Assembly (NCBI GenBank): GCA_965198225.1
Contig: CBDAOY010000007.1
Span: 1,013,545-1,077,544, forward strand
Reading direction: 5' to 3'
Origin: Terriglobia bacterium
GTDB taxonomy: Bacteria > Acidobacteriota > Terriglobia > 20CM-2-55-15
Length of the DNA stretch: 64,000 nt
A model generated the notes under the pieces. The model did no database searches. It had not been told where the DNA came from and saw only the letters and a list, made by a program, of their open reading frames with translations. Of this stretch, positions 61,058 through 64,000 are shown one piece after another. The position numbers and the translations under genes were made by a program. The first letter of the stretch is position 1. Every line of letters begins with the position of its first letter.

Positions 61058-62016
61058 GGAACCAACACAACCTTACCGTATGCCCCTTTTTCCATTACAG
61101 CCTCATGCGCGTGCGGAGCGTCAGAAAGGGGGAGTACCTGGCCGACGGCCGGCTGAAGACTTCCGTTGTCTAATCCAGCGAAGAGCGCGGAATGGATTGC
61201 GGCCAACTGCGATTCTGGTGTGTTGAAAACAAGCATTCCGAAGACCGCTGCGTCGCGAATCATCAGGTCTCGAGCGTCGATTTCAGCAGTACCCCGATTA
61301 CCAATGACAACGACGCGACCTCTCCTTGCCAAAACCTTGAGATCTTTGCCGAGATTTACGTTCGCCAGCATCTCGATGAGAACGTCGACGCCGTGACCGT
61401 CCGTCAACGTCATCACCTCATCCATATGGCCCGGACTCCCGTGGTCCAGGGCAGAGTGAGCGCCGTTCTCGGTTATTAGCGACCGTCCCCGATCGGATCC
61501 TGCCGTTCCAATAACTCTCATTCCGGCCGAGCAGGCCAATTGCAATGCGGCAATACCGACCCCACCACTTGCACCATGAACCAGAACTGTCTCTGCAGGC
61601 TTCGCGTGAGCAATATCAAAGAGAGCGCGGTATGCGGTCACATAAGGCAATGAAACTCCGGCGCCCTGCTCAAAACTGACTCGTTGTGGCAGCGGGTATA
61701 GCTGCTGGTCCGAGCACAGGCACCGCTCGGCATAAGATCCACTCAGCGTCCCAGCCGTATAAACTCTATCTCCAACTGCAAAACGCGTCACACCTTCGCC
61801 AACCGATTCGATCACGCCCGCGGCGTCCGTACCCGGGGTGTAAGGCAATTCGGGTTTCCTGGCATAAGTTCCGGCACGGATATACGTATCCACCGGATTG
61901 ACACCGGCAGCTTTCACATCCACTACGACCTGCATCGGGCCAGGCCGTGGACCGGGCAGTTCTTCGACTCGCATGACAGAAGGACTCCCGAATTCCTCAA
62001 CACGAATTGCCTTCAT
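61054..62016 (-). CDS. qor: NADPH:quinone reductase (zeta-crystallin-like MDR)
   Basis: GVNPVD, PGTDAAG, VHGASGGVG, GKVVL. Confidence 0.92.
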   Translation of the reverse strand: MKAIRVEEFGSPSVMRVEELPGPRPGPMQVVVDVKAAGVNPVDTYIRAGTYARKPELPYTPGTDAAGVIESVGEGVTRFAVGDRVYTAGTLSGSYAERCLCSDQQLYPLPQRVSFEQGAGVSLPYVTAYRALFDIAHAKPAETVLVHGASGGVGIAALQLACSAGMRVIGTAGSDRGRSLITENGAHSALDHGSPGHMDEVMTLTDGHGVDVLIEMLANVNLGKDLKVLARRGRVVVIGNRGTAEIDARDLMIRDAAVFGMLVFNTPESQLAAIHSALFAGLDNGSLQPAVGQVLPLSDAPHAHEAVMEKGAYGKVVLVP

Positions 62017-62125
62017 ATTTCTTCCCCTTGTTGTCTTTCAGTTCAATCCGGAATCAGGGTCAACACCTGCTCGTTACTCACAGACATTGCAGTTCGCACT
62101 ATGTAAATGGCCGTTAATCGACAGG

Positions 62126-62161
62126 CAGTTTTCTATACAATTTTCTATGCAGTTTTCTATA
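62126..62161. promoter_or_regulatory. Three 12-bp direct repeats in a divergent promoter region
   Basis: CAGTTTTCTATA-CAATTTTCTATG-CAGTTTTCTATA, 11 nt upstream of TTGACA (62173). Confidence 0.55.
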
Positions 62162-62460
62162 CGCAAATTAACTTGACACCCCGAGGCTACCAACTAAGTA
62201 TGGCGACTAATATTACAGAAGAGTAAGAAAATCGCCAGAGGTGGAGGAGACCCTTTCCGGAGTCACCATTGACCACCAAAGGTTGAAGATTGGATCTCAG
62301 CGTGAATGAGTTCCTGTCAACACCTCGAGAATCGATAGGCAGTGCCTATGGAGCGGCGGCGATTTGATTGAAATGAGGATCAATGCAATCGGCTCGGTCG
62401 AATGAAACGATTGCACAATCGCGTTTCCGGGGACGGGAACGCAGGTTTTAAGGAGGAGGA

Positions 62461-64000
62461 GTGAGATCTCGAACAACCATCTTTATCGTATTGGCAACCT
62501 TTATGCTGTCTTCCGCGGCTTTTGGGCAGCGAGTTACGGGGTCGATCGATGGCAGCGTCACCGACACTACAGGAGCCGTGTTGCCTGGCGTGGAGGTGAC
62601 CGTCACCAACGACGCGACCGGACTGACGCGAACCATCATTACCAACGAAATCGGTCGGTACAATGTTCTCCAGCTGCAACCAGGGACCTATTCGGTGCAG
62701 GCGTTGTTGCCGGGCTTCCGGACCGAACTCCGCCGTGGAGTCCGGGTGGAAGTGGATCGCACCGCACGAGTGGAAATACAACTTGAGGTCGGCGTGGTCA
62801 CCGAAACGGTTGAGGTCACCGCGGACGCGCCGCTGGTTCAATCCGACAACGCCGCGCTGGGTCAGGTGATCGACTCGCAGAGGGTGGCCCAGCTTCCGCT
62901 CAACGGGCGAAATTTCCTGGATCTGGCTTCGCTCACCCCCGGAGTCGTGCCGCACTCGGAAGGCAGTAATTTCGCAACCCGAGGCGGTACAATCAACGTC
63001 AACGGAGCACGGGAACAGGTCAACAACTTCATGCTCGACGGAATCGACAATAACGATGCCGGTCCCGCTTCGATCATCATCTCGCCCAGCCCCGACTCGA
63101 TTCAAGAATTCAAAGTCCAGACGAGCACTACCAGCGCCGAGTACGGACGAGCGGTCGGCGGACTTGTCAACGTCTCGACCAAGTCGGGTTCCAATGCCTT
63201 CCACGGGACGGTTTATGAGTATTTGCGGAACTCCGCCATGGACGCCAGGAACTTCTTCGACCCTGCCGATCGGGACAAACCGTCCTTCAAGAGGAATCAA
63301 TTCGGGGCCACTTTGGGTGGACCGATCGCCAGGAACAAAACGTTCTTCTTTGTGTCCTACGAAGGGACCATCGTCCGCAGGCCTGACTTCAAGAGAGCCC
63401 GAGTGCCTCCCACGGCCTTGCGCAACGGCGACTTTTCGTCCCTGGGGACGCCGATCATCGATCCCCTGACCGGAGAACCGTTTCCCGGCAACATCATCCC
63501 GCAGGATCGGATCCATCCGATCGGCAAAGGCATGTTGGATCTGTATCCGCAGCCGAACGCACCCGGGCAAACCAACAACCTGATCTCACTGTCCACTTTC
63601 ACGCAGGATCAGGACAACATCGCCACGCGCTTCGACCATACGTTTAACGAGAATGACTCGATTATGGTGCGCTACTCCCTCTCGAACCGGCCGAAGTTAG
63701 AGCCCTATACGCGTAATGGGAATTCGATCGCCGGATATGGCGTCGATGCGCTGACCCTGTCCCAGAGTGTGGTCATCAGTCAGACGCACATTTTTACTCC
63801 GAACGTGGTCAATGAATTACGCGTCGGGTTCGCGCGCCTCCACTACAAACAGGAATTCCAGGCACAGGACCACCCCGCAATCCAGGCGCTGGCGCTGCCC
63901 GGCACCCGCGTGTTTGATGACCCGGACCTGAAGAAGGAATGGCTCCAGTTTCCCGTCGTCCGTGTGTCCGGGTTCACTGGGATCCCACGTGGCGGCACCC
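62461..64000 (+). CDS. TonB-dependent receptor (Oar-like, carboxypeptidase-regulatory N-terminus), runs off the window
   Basis: Absent from the ORF track (no stop). RBS AGGAGG, GTG start; GSIDGSVTDTTGAVLPGVEVTVTN, LPLNGRNFLDL, FMLDGIDNND, QEFKVQT, KSGSNAFHG, RNQFGATLGGP. Confidence 0.93.
   Translation, partial: MRSRTTIFIVLATFMLSSAAFGQRVTGSIDGSVTDTTGAVLPGVEVTVTNDATGLTRTIITNEIGRYNVLQLQPGTYSVQALLPGFRTELRRGVRVEVDRTARVEIQLEVGVVTETVEVTADAPLVQSDNAALGQVIDSQRVAQLPLNGRNFLDLASLTPGVVPHSEGSNFATRGGTINVNGAREQVNNFMLDGIDNNDAGPASIIISPSPDSIQEFKVQTSTTSAEYGRAVGGLVNVSTKSGSNAFHGTVYEYLRNSAMDARNFFDPADRDKPSFKRNQFGATLGGPIARNKTFFFVSYEGTIVRRPDFKRARVPPTALRNGDFSSLGTPIIDPLTGEPFPGNIIPQDRIHPIGKGMLDLYPQPNAPGQTNNLISLSTFTQDQDNIATRFDHTFNENDSIMVRYSLSNRPKLEPYTRNGNSIAGYGVDALTLSQSVVISQTHIFTPNVVNELRVGFARLHYKQEFQAQDHPAIQALALPGTRVFDDPDLKKEWLQFPVVRVSGFTGIPRGGT

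Overview
GC-rich bacterial window. ADOP permease with PadR, an Oar-type TonB receptor, DUF1592/DUF1552 and DUF1553/DUF1501 pairs suggest Acidobacteriota (inference). It has four zones. (1) 1-16.8 kb: prolyl oligopeptidase, oppABCDF, APC permease, HDAC-family deacetylase, coiled-coil adenylate cyclase and an ECF sigma/anti-sigma/DUF4097 module. Two copies of a 275-bp CTAG-flanked MITE and many REP-like intergenic repeats lie here. (2) 16.9-23.5 kb, the most interesting part: TIGR04283/TIGR04282-type transferases converge on a minus-strand run. That run encodes a TVP38/DedA protein, a PqqD-like/radical SAM/degenerate SPASM/ArsM-type methyltransferase fusion, and a deiodinase-like selenoprotein that the ORF track splits in two (in-frame UGA, SECIS-like hairpin, six EF-hands). 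(3) 24.9-42.8 kb: a decayed integrative element that truncates an ADOP permease. It carries a P4-type integrase, a loxP-like 13-8-13 site beside scrambled Cre-like fragments, a giant sulfatase-adhesin gene, VirB10/5/6/8 and VirD4 remnants, a candidate oriT, and nested IS5/IS256 remnants. (4) 42.9-64 kb: periplasmic cytochrome c/DUF clusters, an IS1380 inside a cytochrome c gene, a group IIC intron directly behind a terminator, a quinone reductase and the start of a TonB-dependent receptor. Several tandem duplications and small indels may be assembly artefacts. All family assignments come from motif recognition by eye, not database searches.
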